Shown here in pieces: positions 1 through 12,100 of a stretch of DNA of 64,000 nucleotides (position 1 is the stretch's first letter; every line of letters begins with the position of its first letter). The notes under the pieces are model-generated. The model made no database searches. It saw only the letters and a list, made by a program, of their open reading frames with translations, and had not been told where the DNA came from. The stretch is from Marsupella aquatica (Eukaryota; Plantae; Marchantiophyta). A program made the translations under genes and the position numbers. The stretch spans positions 1,178,860-1,242,859 of the forward strand of contig OZ316893.1 in assembly GCA_973895155.1 (NCBI GenBank). Direction: 5' to 3'.

Positions 1-1013
1 TCCTTGTGGAAAGTGGTGCTATATGTAGATGACGTGAGTGGAATTAATCTGTGGACCCCCATGTTCATCCGAGGAATGTGTGTGTGATGAAGTGAAATCA
101 ATTTTTCAGCAAGGCGGTAACCGATGGTTTTGAGTCTCCCGATGGTCTTGATGTGTGTTTGTACAAACAAGAACGTTCAAAAGATAGAGGAGATTTATCA
201 AAAGGAAGGTTGAAGGTGGAGGAATTGAGTTTTTTGACGGTTTTTGCTTACACATTGGAGAAATCATGTTTCTATCATTCCTGATTGATCGTTTGTGAGT
301 TACATTGAGCATTATTGTCACAAGACAGACTGGAGGACAATACTCAACTGTTGGCAAAAGAGTGCTTGTCAATTCGGTGGGAAGAACGCACAAAATGAAC
401 GAGCCATCACTTCACATGAAGGATTTGTAGTTTTTTTATTTAAGAAAGTTATAGTGTGAGGGAGAGACCAACAATTGTTTCTTTGACATAGAGGCTGCAT
501 TTGGTGTCAACCTGTTTTCAGAGTGAGCTTCAATTGAAGACTAGAGGGATACAAACAATTCAAGTCGGGAAGCAAACATTGTGGACAAACGATGATGACG
601 TAATCTTGGGGGGGTCACTTCCACGAAAGTGGCACATCACGTGCGACGAAGTATAGACCCATTTAAATAGGTGTGGCGGAAGACTTCCATAGTTTGATGG
701 AATAACACATAGGGCATGTTTTATTGACTAATCAACTTTAAAGAACACATAGGCCTATTTAATTATAAAAAATATTTTTTTTAAAGTTTTTAGGGGTTTT
801 TTAGTAAAACATGACAAAATTTAAGAAAGAAAGGGTTTTGCAAAAAAATACTTTTTACTTACAAGTTAGGGGGTCAAACCCTAAAACGTCGCATGCGATG
901 TATGGCCCTCCATGTAGTGACCCCCCCCCCCCAGAACGTAATCAAAGAAATCAATTTGCAGTGGCTAAATTTGTGACGGTGACAAGATAGTGATATCTCT
1001 TAATCGAGAAAGG

Positions 1014-1510
1014 GTTTCCAATGAGCCTCAGATTGACAAATTTTGTCAAGTTCCAAATGAGTTTCTGAATTTCTTTACCTTTCCAATGAGTATAAGAAAT
1101 TTTGATTATGAGCTCATGAATTCTTTTAGCTTTCCAACATTGAGTCCGACATTGATAAATTCCATGTCAGATTTGTCACGGTACTAAAGAGATCATGAGG
1201 TTTTCAATCTCTCTAGCTTTCTAATGTGTGACATTGAGATTATTTGTCAAGAATTAGAGAGATCATGAGTATCTGAATTTTTCTAGCTTTCCAATGAACC
1301 TAAACATTGATAGATGTTGTCAAGTACTAAGGAGATGATGAGTTTCTAATTTTACTCTAGCTTTCCAGTCAGTGTGACATTGAGATATTTGATCAAGACA
1401 CTACTAAAGAGGTCACGAGCTTCTAAATCTTGATCTTGAGTTTTCCAATTAATCAAACATTGACATATTCTATCAAGTACTAAGGAGATTGATTATTTAG
1501 TTTTACAATG
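1014..1510. repeat. Degenerate ~70-bp minisatellite, about 7 units
   Basis: Recurring blocks ACATTGA..TGTCAAG(TACTAA)..GAGATCATGAG..TCTAGCTTTCCAAT at roughly 65-80 bp spacing. Confidence 0.6.
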
Positions 1511-1686
1511 TGGAGCCATTTAGGGATTCTAACTATGTACATTTCTATCGATTGGTTTTTTCAAAATTGCAAACAATTAAAAAACTACAAACATTTTGAT
1601 ATATTTTTGACAACATCAGAATGGTAATTTTATTTTACTAAATGATATCTCTTCCTTTGTATTTTGTGCTGGAATTGTCAACAGCA

Positions 1687-1760
1687 TGGACCAGCTAGGA
1701 ATTGAACCTAGGACCTCCAGTGTACATCATAGTGCTCTACCACTTCTAAGCTAGAGGCCC
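1687..1760 (-). pseudogene. tRNA-like module in TRIM 3' LTR (D-arm/A box damaged)
   Basis: Same module as 1886-1956 but 3 nt longer, with substitutions in the A-box region. B box GGTTCAATTCC is intact. Confidence 0.8.
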
Positions 1761-1885
1761 TTCATGCCTGCATCCCTCATCAGTTTGAGTGAGGTTCGTT
1801 TCCAACACCCTCCCTTGAGCCACACTCACTACAAGGGAAACTCCTGATCTTTGGCTCTGATACCATGCTGGAATTGTCAACAACA

Positions 1886-1956
1886 TGGACCAGCTAGGAA
1901 TTGAACCTAGGACCTCCAGTGTACATCATAGTGCTCTACCACTGAGCTACAGGCCC
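1886..1956 (-). pseudogene. tRNA-like module in TRIM 5' LTR (A and B boxes intact, anticodon arm degenerate)
   Basis: GGGCCTG TA GCTC AGTGGTA GAGC ... CTAGG TTCAATT CCTAG CTGGTCC A. Acceptor, D and T arms pair; the anticodon stem does not. Confidence 0.85.
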
Positions 1957-3919
1957 ATCATGCCTGCATCCCTCATCAGTTTGAGTGAGGTTCATTTCCA
2001 ACATTTTGGTTTTTTTACGTTTAATATTTACGGCATGGTGCCCCAAAAATTACGTTGCTTTTGCCACAAACATGAATGTGCACGTTTGTTATTGTTAAAA
2101 CTAGGATAATTCCTGTTTGTGACTAGTTGTGGTGATGTGGCGCAACCCTGTGGCAGGAAATTTGCAAGAGACCTCTCATGGGGGTCCGTAACAAGGGAAT
2201 TCAAAAGTTTACCATGTTGATGAATACTTGTCCTTGTGGTATCAATGTGGAGTTTCTGATCAGCCTTTCTAATTCTTTTTATTAAGCAGCATGTCATACT
2301 TATACATATCCTATATAAAAGCAATGACTGCTATGTTGTCCATGATTTTCCATGCACCCTGACAACTTGCATGGACATACTACATCCAATTGTTGAAATC
2401 TGCTTTGGTAGCATTGTTTACACACCAGATGACCTGTAAATAGAGGGCAACCAGTTCCAACCAGTTTTAAGCTTATGGTAGCATCTGTTATGTGTAGCAG
2501 GTTACATGATCTACTCACCAGCCTGCATTAGATAGCTTGTATGCTGTCTAGCTATTCAAGGATAAGCATCAGGGGTAAACTCAATTACTGTTGACCCCCT
2601 CCCATAAATCCTAATACATCTCCATAAATCCATTCTTCTCGTGCAATGATTCAAATTGTTGTGCCATCTTGCCACTGTTCCAACTAACTGATTCCTTGTC
2701 AATCTGATTACTCAGAAAAAAAAAACATTATGCCCAATATTCAAACTGCTACTTTGCCAAATGTTACCAACAACTCAATTCCAAATTTGGGCATTGAACT
2801 CTCCCTCATATCTTCAGGCAGAACAAACCTTTTCAACAAACTCAAGGTCTCAGTTTTACTGAGGAGAAATCAACAAAATTGAATGACAGCTTACATATAG
2901 ATGAAACTTGCAACCTTTGGTTTGATAGTGTACTACCCTCATATATTCCTGGTCTTCCACCCCTCTACTCTGCATAAGGTTTAATTGGGAGTCCCTAGCT
3001 CCTCTTTCTTTGCTTCCAGTTTCAGGCCATTTGAGCACATAACAAAGAAGTTATAACATGGTCAGTGGAAGGGGTAAAATGTCCAGCCATCTAGAGACAA
3101 GCTTCTTTACATCCAAAACTAGCAGGTTATATCTTTACCTCTGGAGTTCAAGAGGTGTAAGCCTGGAGGCAGTCTCACATATCCATGAGAATTGCCAAAA
3201 CAGAACCTAGGGTATAATCAAAGCTTTACTTTCCTTCCTAAATTAATACATGATAATGTAGAATTTTTACCTGATAAATAAACTATTCAATTTTCATGGA
3301 GAACTAGCCCAATATTTTTGCGTTGCATGATTGTCATTGTGGTTATTGTGGCCATGTAGTTGAAGTGAGGCAAAGAAGTGCAGGTGAGGCAAGAAAGCGT
3401 TGTTGTTCTTCTTTGTATTGGGTTTGTGTTGGCTGTGCAGTCATGTTGTGGTTGCAGAAGTTTGTCATTTTGGTTGAGTGACTGTTGCTACAGAAATGTT
3501 ATGGCTTCAGTTGAAGATGTTGTTGCAAAAGTGATTTGTTGGGGAGAGGGAGGACGAGGCCAGGGAATGCGAGACAAGCAATTGTAGTTGGGGCATGGTG
3601 AGGTCCAGAAGTGATTGCACCATGACATGTTTTCCCTCTCCCCTCCTCACCATCCAACTTCTCCCGTCCCCCTCCAATGCAAGGGAGGCCGCATGAGGGC
3701 ATAAACAGAGGCAGCTAGTCTGTGCACGAGTAGACTGAGCCTGTGCAGTCCGAGCCAGCCCACGCATACCAAGGCATCCCGCATGACAACAAAGTTGCAT
3801 GGGCAAGCTGAGGCATTCCAACAGTGAAGAAAAGACAGGCCCACCATCCAACGCCCAAGATTACTTGAACCCACCCATAGGTCTGTTTGTAAGCCGACCA
3901 TGGATTACTATTGGCAGGA

Positions 3920-4722
3920 TTGCATATTATAGTGCTTGATTGAGAGAGATGTGAATTTCTAAAGATTACTCTATGACTTGGTGTTCACACTTTGTGCTTC
4001 AATTTTTTTTTAACCGACTAACTTTGACATTGAGTACCTCCCTTTATAACCCAATGGAATCTGATTTTGGGTTTTTTAGAAATTGTTGGAAAGTTATTTT
4101 CAACAAAACCCAAGTTGGAACCTGGGCTACTTTGGTTGCTTGTTTGGGTTTTTATAGTGGACTTTTTATGTTGGGTATGAATGGGAAGGTGTGACTCCCT
4201 TCAGCCTTGTCATTGTTCTTGTAGGCAGCTGGTTTTGGTTTTCGGGCTCTTGGCTTTGCCTTAGTTTCTTCTGGGGTGGTTAGTTGTGGCCTTACCACCT
4301 ACCAGGGGTTGGCAGTATATTCTCTACCTTTGGCATGGTCTCTGGGTTGTAGGTTTTTGTGCATTGCAGGCTTCTTTTTCTCTCTGGTTGCCGGGGGGGG
4401 GGGGGGGGCATTGTCCTTTTGATGATTCATCATTGCACTGCCTGTTGCCCCTCATCCATGGGGTTTTTTTCGGGCTCTTGGCTTTGCCTTAGTTTCTTCT
4501 GGGGTGGTTAGTTGTGGCCTTACCACCTACCAGGGGTTGGCAGTATATTCTCTACCTTTGGCATGGTCTCTGGGTTGTAGGTTTTTGTGCATTGCAGGCT
4601 TCTTTTTCTCTCTGGTTGCCGGGGGGGGGGGGCATTGTCCTTTTGATGATTCATCATTGCACTGCCTGTTGCCCCTCATCCATGGGGTTTTCATATATAT
4701 ATTTTTATATAAAAATAGAAAA
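3920..4722 (+). mobile_element. Probable LINE 3' end with internal 228-bp tandem duplication
   Basis: Near-perfect direct duplication 4239-4466 / 4467-4691. Ends CCCCTCATCCATGGGGTTTTC followed by an AT/A-rich tail; the same tail motif is in the retroposon at 24276-24583. 5' boundary uncertain. Confidence 0.55.
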
Positions 4723-4796
4723 TTCTTTCAATCAGAAAGATTTTTTCAACGAGCCTAATATCATCAAATTTCATTGAGAATTGAGAATTGCATTGA

Positions 4797-5351
4797 TTTT
4801 TTACTAAACTACCTCCCAAACTGATCGTTATTACAAAACTACTCCCAAAGTAAATTATTTTATTAGTAGACTGCCCCCAACCCGTACTGTGTTACTTTAA
4901 ACCCAAATACACAACCACGATGTGTTCCCATTGGCTGTCAAGTAACCAGAGGTGACAACCTAACTAAGGTGAGGCTACTATCCACTTTCACGCAGTCCAT
5001 AGCCTTGTTGGGGCCTGAGGTGCAACACAGCCATTGGGGCCTGAAGTGCAGTGCGAGGTGCAGAGCAACCATTGGGGCCCAAGTTGCAGCCCTTGTTTTC
5101 TTTGGAAAACAGCACCAAAATGTTGGCATTTTTTTGGAGCTGTAAGAGTTCAGGGCCGAACATCGAATGTGAAGGGCTGGCAATGGGAGAGAGGGATCGG
5201 GGCGGCTCTGGTTGCTTGACAGCCAATGGGAACACAGCCGTGGTCAAGTAGTTGAGTTAGAAGATACAGTTTGGGGGGCAGGTTACTAAATAATTTAGTT
5301 TTGCAAGTAGGTTTGTAATAACGATCACTTTGGGGGTTAGTTTAATAAAAA
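4797..5351. mobile_element. Non-autonomous DNA transposon with ~150-bp TIRs (Mutator-like MITE)
   Basis: 4797-4951 is an imperfect inverted repeat of 5206-5351 (e.g. TGATCGTTATTACAAA / TTTGTAATAACGATCA and TGTGTTCCCATTGGCTGTCAAG / CTTGACAGCCAATGGGAACACA). Interior has short GGGGCCYRARKTGCA repeats. No TSD identified. Confidence 0.75.
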
Positions 5352-6102
5352 GCGGAACCTACAGATTCCCAATGATGGGTGTCTTGATTTCTTGTCACAT
5401 TTCACTCATCAGTGTAAAATGTACTCTATATGAGTGTAAAAGAGGACATTGTTAGAGCCTATTGGGGTGTCAAAGTCCATCCAAGCATTTTGGCAAATGG
5501 CAAACATGGAGGTTCATCAGGACCTCAATCAATTTCCATAGGCTACAGGTGACAGGAGTGTGGCTAACTCTTAAGACTTTTTTTCTGGCAGGATGTAACT
5601 ATACTGACCTGAGTGTCCGGTCTTTGACCACGATAGAGGTGAGTATAAACAAGCTCGCTCCATCCTTTTTAGCCCCTACATAGCGGAGAAAGCCAAGTTT
5701 CATAACAGGACAAAATAACATTTTAGAGTTTAGTGGATTACAAAATCTACATCTTGCAAGAGAATAAGTGTTCATACTTCATGAAGTGTGCTCTGTGTAT
5801 GGCTTCTCTCTACAACATCCATGATGATTCTGATGATTCCACACATGGTCTTTTGTCTTGGTTTCCACTTGCTATGATTACAAGGAGAATGATGAGAATT
5901 CTGTTACTTTTCACTTGTCAATAACAACCAGCATTGACAAAAACTTCATAATAAGCAGCCCAAGATAAACTCACAAATATTCACAAGTGATGCCTCAATC
6001 CAAGCAATAGTTTTTCTTGTCACATTTCCTTATTGTTGTAGATGAGTTTTTGATTTCTTTCATACAAAATTAAATTTTGTGCACATAACTGTAAAGTAGT
6101 AA

Positions 6103-6299
6103 CAGCTTTTAAGTATTTTGCCACTAAAGATGTTCTAATAGATAATACTGCCATGGTTTCGTATATGGATAACAAGTTCTCCAAGGTAGCCAGGGGAACT
6201 ATTAATATACGGAAACTGTGACATTTTTGTAAACATAACAAAAACAGTAGGAGTATTGTCAATTCAAACATCTTTAGTGGCAATGGTACTTACAAACTG
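6103..6299. mobile_element. MITE family A, copy 1
   Basis: TIRs TTGCCACTAAAGATGTT..ATAATACT (from 6118) and AGTATTGTCAATTCAAACATCTTTAGTGGCAA (to 6283). Related copy at 27590. Confidence 0.7.
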
Positions 6300-7258
6300 A
6301 AAGTAGTAAATAAGCAACACTCCTTTGAATGCACTTGGGCAATATTTGATGATGTAACCCATAGATAACACTCCTTTGAGTGCACTTAGAGAAAGGATTA
6401 AGTTGGACCCACAGTTCTAGAAACTAGACCCTGAAGAATAACTTTCAGTCGTGATTGTGTGGCCTCCTGCCCCTTTTTGCCTATAAATGATTAAAAAAGT
6501 CCGCTGTATGTGACGAGTTTTCTGCCGAAATTTGGGGGAAAAAAACGATGGGAGAGGCCAGCAACGGAGATTACGCGGCCCCGGTAGGCCGGGCCACCAT
6601 CGGGCAGGTCTCAAGCAAGGCCACTCAACGCAGACCTCGTCAGGGCAGGAGGCAGGTCGGTCACAGGCGAATAATAAACGATATCAACGCTGGAGGCTGG
6701 GGGCAGAGACCGGGCAGCGGATTGGGGAAGCCGAGAGACGCGGGTGAGCGAGAGGGGCAGAGGGCAGTCATTCACTGGACGGAGTAATCACCAGGAGCGG
6801 GCAGCCAGCCCCTGAAGTCTTGAACCCCCGTGCGGTCAATCAATGAAATTGGCCACAGAATGCTTTCTGCCCGCGGGCAGCAGGTGGCTCCATATGGGAG
6901 GGAGCACCAACTTACTGTGCTCTCACTAGGACTGTGCTAGGTCAATGGATTGGCCACGGGAAACCATTCTGTTTTTTTCCCCGCGGGCAGCAGAGAGTGC
7001 CCAGAAAGGAGAAAGGAGAGAGCACCGATGTGCTCTTACTGTAGCTAAATAATATTACGGTCGATCAAATCCAGCCTGCCGATCTGCCCGCGGGCAGCAG
7101 GTAAGTACCACAGTGCACCAAGGTACTCTTTACTTCGTACCGCACTACTGTCCTGCGGTCGGTCAAATTGGCCCTGGCAAAACCTTTCCACTTTTTTATG
7201 TGAATCAGAAACTCCTTTTCTCTACTGTGAAGCATTTTCTCTTGGAGTCAAGACTTCC

Positions 7259-7651
7259 GTTTAAAGCACCACTCCAAAGCCAAAAAAATATCCCTTTATG
7301 CCTTTCTGCCCGCGGGCAGCATTGAGTGCCCGCTGCCCAGGAGGGAGGGAGAGGGAGCAGCAGTGCAGCACTCGTTGAAAGTCGGAGAACTTGTTGTAGC
7401 GAGAGCATTAATTAATATGTAAGCATTGGCCATGAAAACGTAACGAAGAAAGCGTTTAAAACAACACTCCAAAAGCCACAAAAATTCCTTTTTGCCTTTC
7501 TGCCCGCGGGCAGAAGTCAGTGCCCGCTGCCCGCTGCCCAGGCGGGAGGGAGAGAGAGCAGCAGTGCCGCACTCGTTGAACTTCGGGAGCTGTAGCGAGA
7601 GCATTAATTAATATGTAAGCATTGGCCATGAAAACGTAACGAAGAAAGCGT
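7259..7651. repeat. ~195-bp tandem duplication containing the CTGCCCGCGGGCAG palindrome
   Basis: Units start at ~7259 and ~7454; both end TGTAGCGAGAGCATTAATTAATATGTAAGCATTGGCCATGAAAACGTAACGAAGAAAGCGT. Confidence 0.85.
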
Positions 7652-8698
7652 GGCGATGATGTGCGCAGCCGACCGACCCAACGAAAAAGCTTCCCAAACG
7701 ACAGAGAGAGACCAGCTGCACCGATTTCACACAAAACAACGAACGATCGCGGTCGGGTCATTAGTATCCAGGCAGAGGACTCGAAGAAAGGCGCAGAGCA
7801 GAGCAGAGGAGAGCAGAGGCTGAGCAGAGGCTGAGGAGGAAGGCGTAGAGAAGGGGGGAGAGAAACGGCAGAGAAACAGCGAGAGAGATCATCGATGATG
7901 ACGAAGCAGAAGCGGAGCAGCCATGCCTGATCTCGGCCCGTCGTACGATTACTACTGCTCCAACCACCACCATCGGCAGCACCTGAGCGGAAATCGACCC
8001 AGGCCGTTGTTGTTGCTACTGTTCCCTTTTCTGCTTCGCTGCTTGAGGAAGCGCGCACACGAGCACGGGGCTGAGAATTGCTTCAGGGCGTTGTGGTTCT
8101 GGGGTTCGATTCGGAGCGGATTCGTGTTGCGAATTTCGAAGGTGGGCCTGATCTCGTCGTGGGACTGCGTTAGTGTTGGAGATGCAATTTTACGTCTGTG
8201 GGCGATTCGGGAAGTTGGGTGACGGAGAGGAGACGAGAGGAGACGAGAGGAGATGAGATGGGAGGAGAGTGGATTGTGACCTAATCTCGACGGGAGCGAT
8301 GGTTCGAACGTGAAAGAATATGTTGCCTGCACCCACTTTCTCGACTCTTTACTTCGGTTGAGTGAATCACGGCGCTCCTCTGCTCTCCCTACCCACGCGG
8401 TATCGTACCATCCGCATTTTTCACCATGCTCTTCCCGCACAACTCTGTTGCTGGGGTAAGCTCGTTTGAATTCCTCTCCTCGCTCGCTTGGTTGCACGTC
8501 TTCGTGCACTCCTATGCCCGCCGGAGTTTGCTGCTGCTACTGCGCGGCGGTGGTCTTCATCGAGTTTTCGTCAATTAGGTTTTTTCTGTTTTGCATGTGG
8601 TGGACGGATCTCCACTCTGAGGTTGTCTGCACTACTGGAATGAATCCTCCGAGGATCATCACCTTTCCATGTCAGGTGGTCTAGTCATCCACCCGCCA

Positions 8699-8932
8699 TC
8701 TTTCACCTGCCCTACAGTCCATCAGAAATTCGTTCACTCTATGTCGTACCGAGGCCTCTCCTACCTATGTGATTCCAAGTAGGTCTCGGCTCGAGTCCGT
8801 CTGTATCTTGGGTCTTTCACCTGCCCTACAGTTCATCAGAAATTCGTCCACTATATGTCGTCCCGGTGCGTCTCCTACCTGTGCAATTCCAAGTAGTTGC
8901 CTCAGCTCAAGTCCGTCTGAGTGTATCTAGGG
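8699..8932. repeat. 114-bp tandem duplication upstream of the MAPKKK ATG
   Basis: TCTTTCACCTGCCCTACAGTYCATCAGAAATTCGT at 8699 and 8813. Confidence 0.8.
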
Positions 8933-9137
8933 ATACAAGAGCTGCTCGTGCTTGTTGAGTACAGTGTCAGGTTAGGAAGAGCATGTGATATGAGCATTCA
9001 GACTTTCTTTTCGAAGCTGCTGCTGCTGCTGCTGCTGTTCTCACTGAACTGTGATGTTTCCTCCCGCCGCAAGAAGAAGCTTGTTGTTCCGCGAGCGAAC
9101 GAAACCTGAATTGTAAATGTCTTGAAGGCATTCAAGC

Positions 9138-12100
9138 ATGCTCGCTAATATAAGCAAATTGTTCAAGAAAGGGGCCTCTTCTCCCTCCTCCAAAGATAGG
9201 CCAAATCGGTTCTCCGTTGACAGCGATCATCCGGGAGCAAAAGCACAGGGATCTTCACGGGGCACTTCACAGTCAGGCTCGCGAGGAAGGGGGCGCAGCA
9301 GGGAAGGAAAGGATTACAGCAACGGAGATTTAGGACCGTATTCTCTCGGGACAGATTCACCTTCTCATAGTGAACATTATGCCAACGGACAATCGCCGAC
9401 CTCACCACGTGCTGCCATGGACTTTGATGGGGCATACTTCCTAACGATTGACAGGTCGTCATCTTCGGCTCCAGCTCATCCATTCGTGAATGGGAAGCCT
9501 GTCACTGATCCGAAGGTTTTGCAGTTGTTAGGGGCCGGGAAGCCTGTCACTGACCCAAAGGTTTTGCAACTGTTAAAAGCTTCAGAAGTTGACGAATGGA
9601 TCTCTCCGAAGGGCTACGAGAGATACGAATTTTCAATTCCTCATGACGAAGAACGCGACGTCGCTGGAGTCTCCTGGCCCCAGAAATCTGAGCTCCCTCC
9701 GTCATTCGAGTTCGCTCGACCCACGGGCCAGGCAGTGGGTGAGGACAACGATCTCCTGGGTGACGGGATTCATTATCCTGATACTGGAACGAGCTCTTCT
9801 CCCAGTAGACCTGATTTGGATTTGCCGCATGCTTTCCCGTTCGGTCAGGCTAATCGATCTTTCGGAGAGGAAAGCTCTCAGGAGAATGGGACAGCTACAG
9901 GGAGCGAAGAGGAGAACTCTGTGGATTCTGTCGAAGTCCTTCCTGCCCCCGCACGAAGGCTACCACCTGTGCAAACAACATTCCGTCCTTCGAGTCCAAG
10001 ACCCTCGATGGATCTCTCCAGCCACAGCCCACGACTACATCATAGTCCGGAGCGAAGGTCCTTTGGCTCTAACAATACGCGTCCAGAAGGGGTCTCCTGG
10101 GGATCCAATGGCTCGGTAAGTCCGAGATGGGCGTACGGGGGCCAGCTAAGCCCCGGGAGAGGCAGTCGAACTCTGCACCCACTACCTGCACCTCCAACCA
10201 ATTCTTCTCCATCTCCGCGTGGTACAGTTCATGCACGGGGAGGTGGACCTTCTTGGATAGAGATACCTAACCAGCGAGTAGCAAGTAGGGACTGGCAATC
10301 GCCGGTGTTCCAACAAGTGCAGTCACCTACTCATCACCGGTCTCATCCTCGATTGCCCTCACATCTCTCTCCCGTAGTTTCACCTCTTCCTTCTCCCCCG
10401 CGTTCACCAATTTCGTCTCCTCGACCATCTTTTCCACCTCGTTCGTGGTCTCCTCTGCCCGCTCCTCCTCTCCCAGTTCATTCTTCTTATCAATCACCTC
10501 CCAGGTCACCATCGCGGGTACCAAGAACCTTAACGAAATGGAAAAAAATTAAGCAAATCGGAGTAGGCTCTTTCGGCACTGTGCACGAGGCAATAAATTT
10601 GTAAGTATCTCTGAATTTCTGCCTCGCCTGGAAGTTGTCTGTACTCTAATGATAACCCATACTAAACGATTGTCACATTCTTGACAAGAGAACCATTCGT
10701 GCTATTGTCAGTGAATAATCGAGCCTTTGGCAAATCTGGGACTGGAAAAGCTGTGCCTCTCCGTAACCTTTCTCCCTGAATCCTAACAATTGGGCATCTT
10801 TACGCGTGATTACGGACATTAACCAGCGTTCTTTTATCTGCCATGTGCTTTCGTAGAGATGATGGGAGTTTTTTTGCTGTGAAAGTCAGTCACGATGAAA
10901 GTATACCAGCCGAAATTCAAAAGGTAATTTCGTTACGGATTTCTTACACCAGTCATTGTGACTTCATTACTTCCGCTTCTATATTCAGGACGTAGCTGAC
11001 GAGGTTATCCGCATCTCATGAAGGTTCATAGATTTTTTCTCACGTTGTGGCTGGGAATTAAGAATCTGGAGTAACTTATCAGAGTTATTCTACTGGTGCA
11101 GGAAATAGAAGTTTTAAGTATGTTGAGACACCCCAATGTTGTGCAATATTATGGAACGGCAATGGTACTTGCTCTTACTCTTCCTTTAATACTTGGATCT
11201 CATTGAGGATTGGGTTCTATAAGCTTTCAGCAAATATTAGGACTTACACAAAACCTATCAGAACCGAACTGTGGATTGCAGCTGATTTGTGACGTTAAGG
11301 GTTGCAATTGGAGTCTTCTGTGAAATGGCTCGTTTTTCCCAAATCGGTGTTCTTCTTTACCGTGTACCTGATATCAACGGGTTACAATATCTCACACTTC
11401 ACAATGAGTGTCCTTGCTGAAGAGGCCTCCAGTAACACATGCTCTGTTTTATGTGTAAATCCGGCAGGAAGATGGTCATCTATGCATATTTTTGGAGTTA
11501 ATGCAGAATTCCCTTCAATCTATCATCAAGGTTTTTCAACATTTTGATGAAACTTTGATCAGCACTTATACCCGACAAATTTTACAAGGCCTTGAATATT
11601 TGCATCGGAAAAACACTATCCATAGGTGAATATACGACAATCTTCCCTGTCTTTTGCCTTGAGCTCCATTGATCAATGACATTGAAATATATGCATGCAG
11701 CACGAGTGCAATCTTGTTGGCGTGGTTGCCTGGAAGCTCACTGTCAAGCTAGGTTCTTATGCAGCAATGTTATGTTAGAGATGGGTCCATGTTCCGTTCA
11801 GCCGTAACCTTTTTTAATCTACTCTAACTTTCAGTTCTCTATTCTATGTGATAAACATCAGTGGGAAAGGGCTTACTTTCAGTCTGGAATTATTTATCGT
11901 ACTCAATACATGTATGTGATAAGAAGGGGGTAATTCAAGGTCGTTGTCATTGATTGTCAGTGGATCTAACTACGACATAACTGTATTTGAAATTTATTTT
12001 AGAACTCATAGGTGGTAGCCCAGCCATGAGTTCATCTGTCAGTGAATTGCACTTGATTTGTGTCAATGCTAGCACGATACAGTTTCTGGCTAATCTGTTT

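Larger units (their letters stand above)
1667..2003 (-). mobile_element. Complete TRIM (non-autonomous LTR retrotransposon) with tRNA-like LTRs
   Basis: On the minus strand: 5' LTR 1866-2003, interior 1808-1865, 3' LTR 1667-1807. LTRs run TGTTGGAA...TTCCAGCA. PBS TGGTATCAGAGCC (1853-1865) directly follows the 5' LTR and PPT AAGGGAGGG (1808-1816) directly precedes the 3' LTR. 5-bp TSD TTTTG at 1662-1666 and 2004-2008. Confidence 0.93.

Noticed and set aside
1-880. Possible Mutator-like TIR at the window start
   Set aside because: No partner inverted repeat visible in the window.
1667-2003. Dimeric tRNA-derived SINE
   Set aside because: No A-rich tail or long TSD; TG..CA ends, PBS, PPT and a 5-bp TSD indicate an LTR mechanism.
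7456-8509. ORFs of 185-200 aa on the minus strand
   Set aside because: GC- and GA-repeat-rich region upstream of the MAPKKK; low-complexity translations with no recognisable domain.
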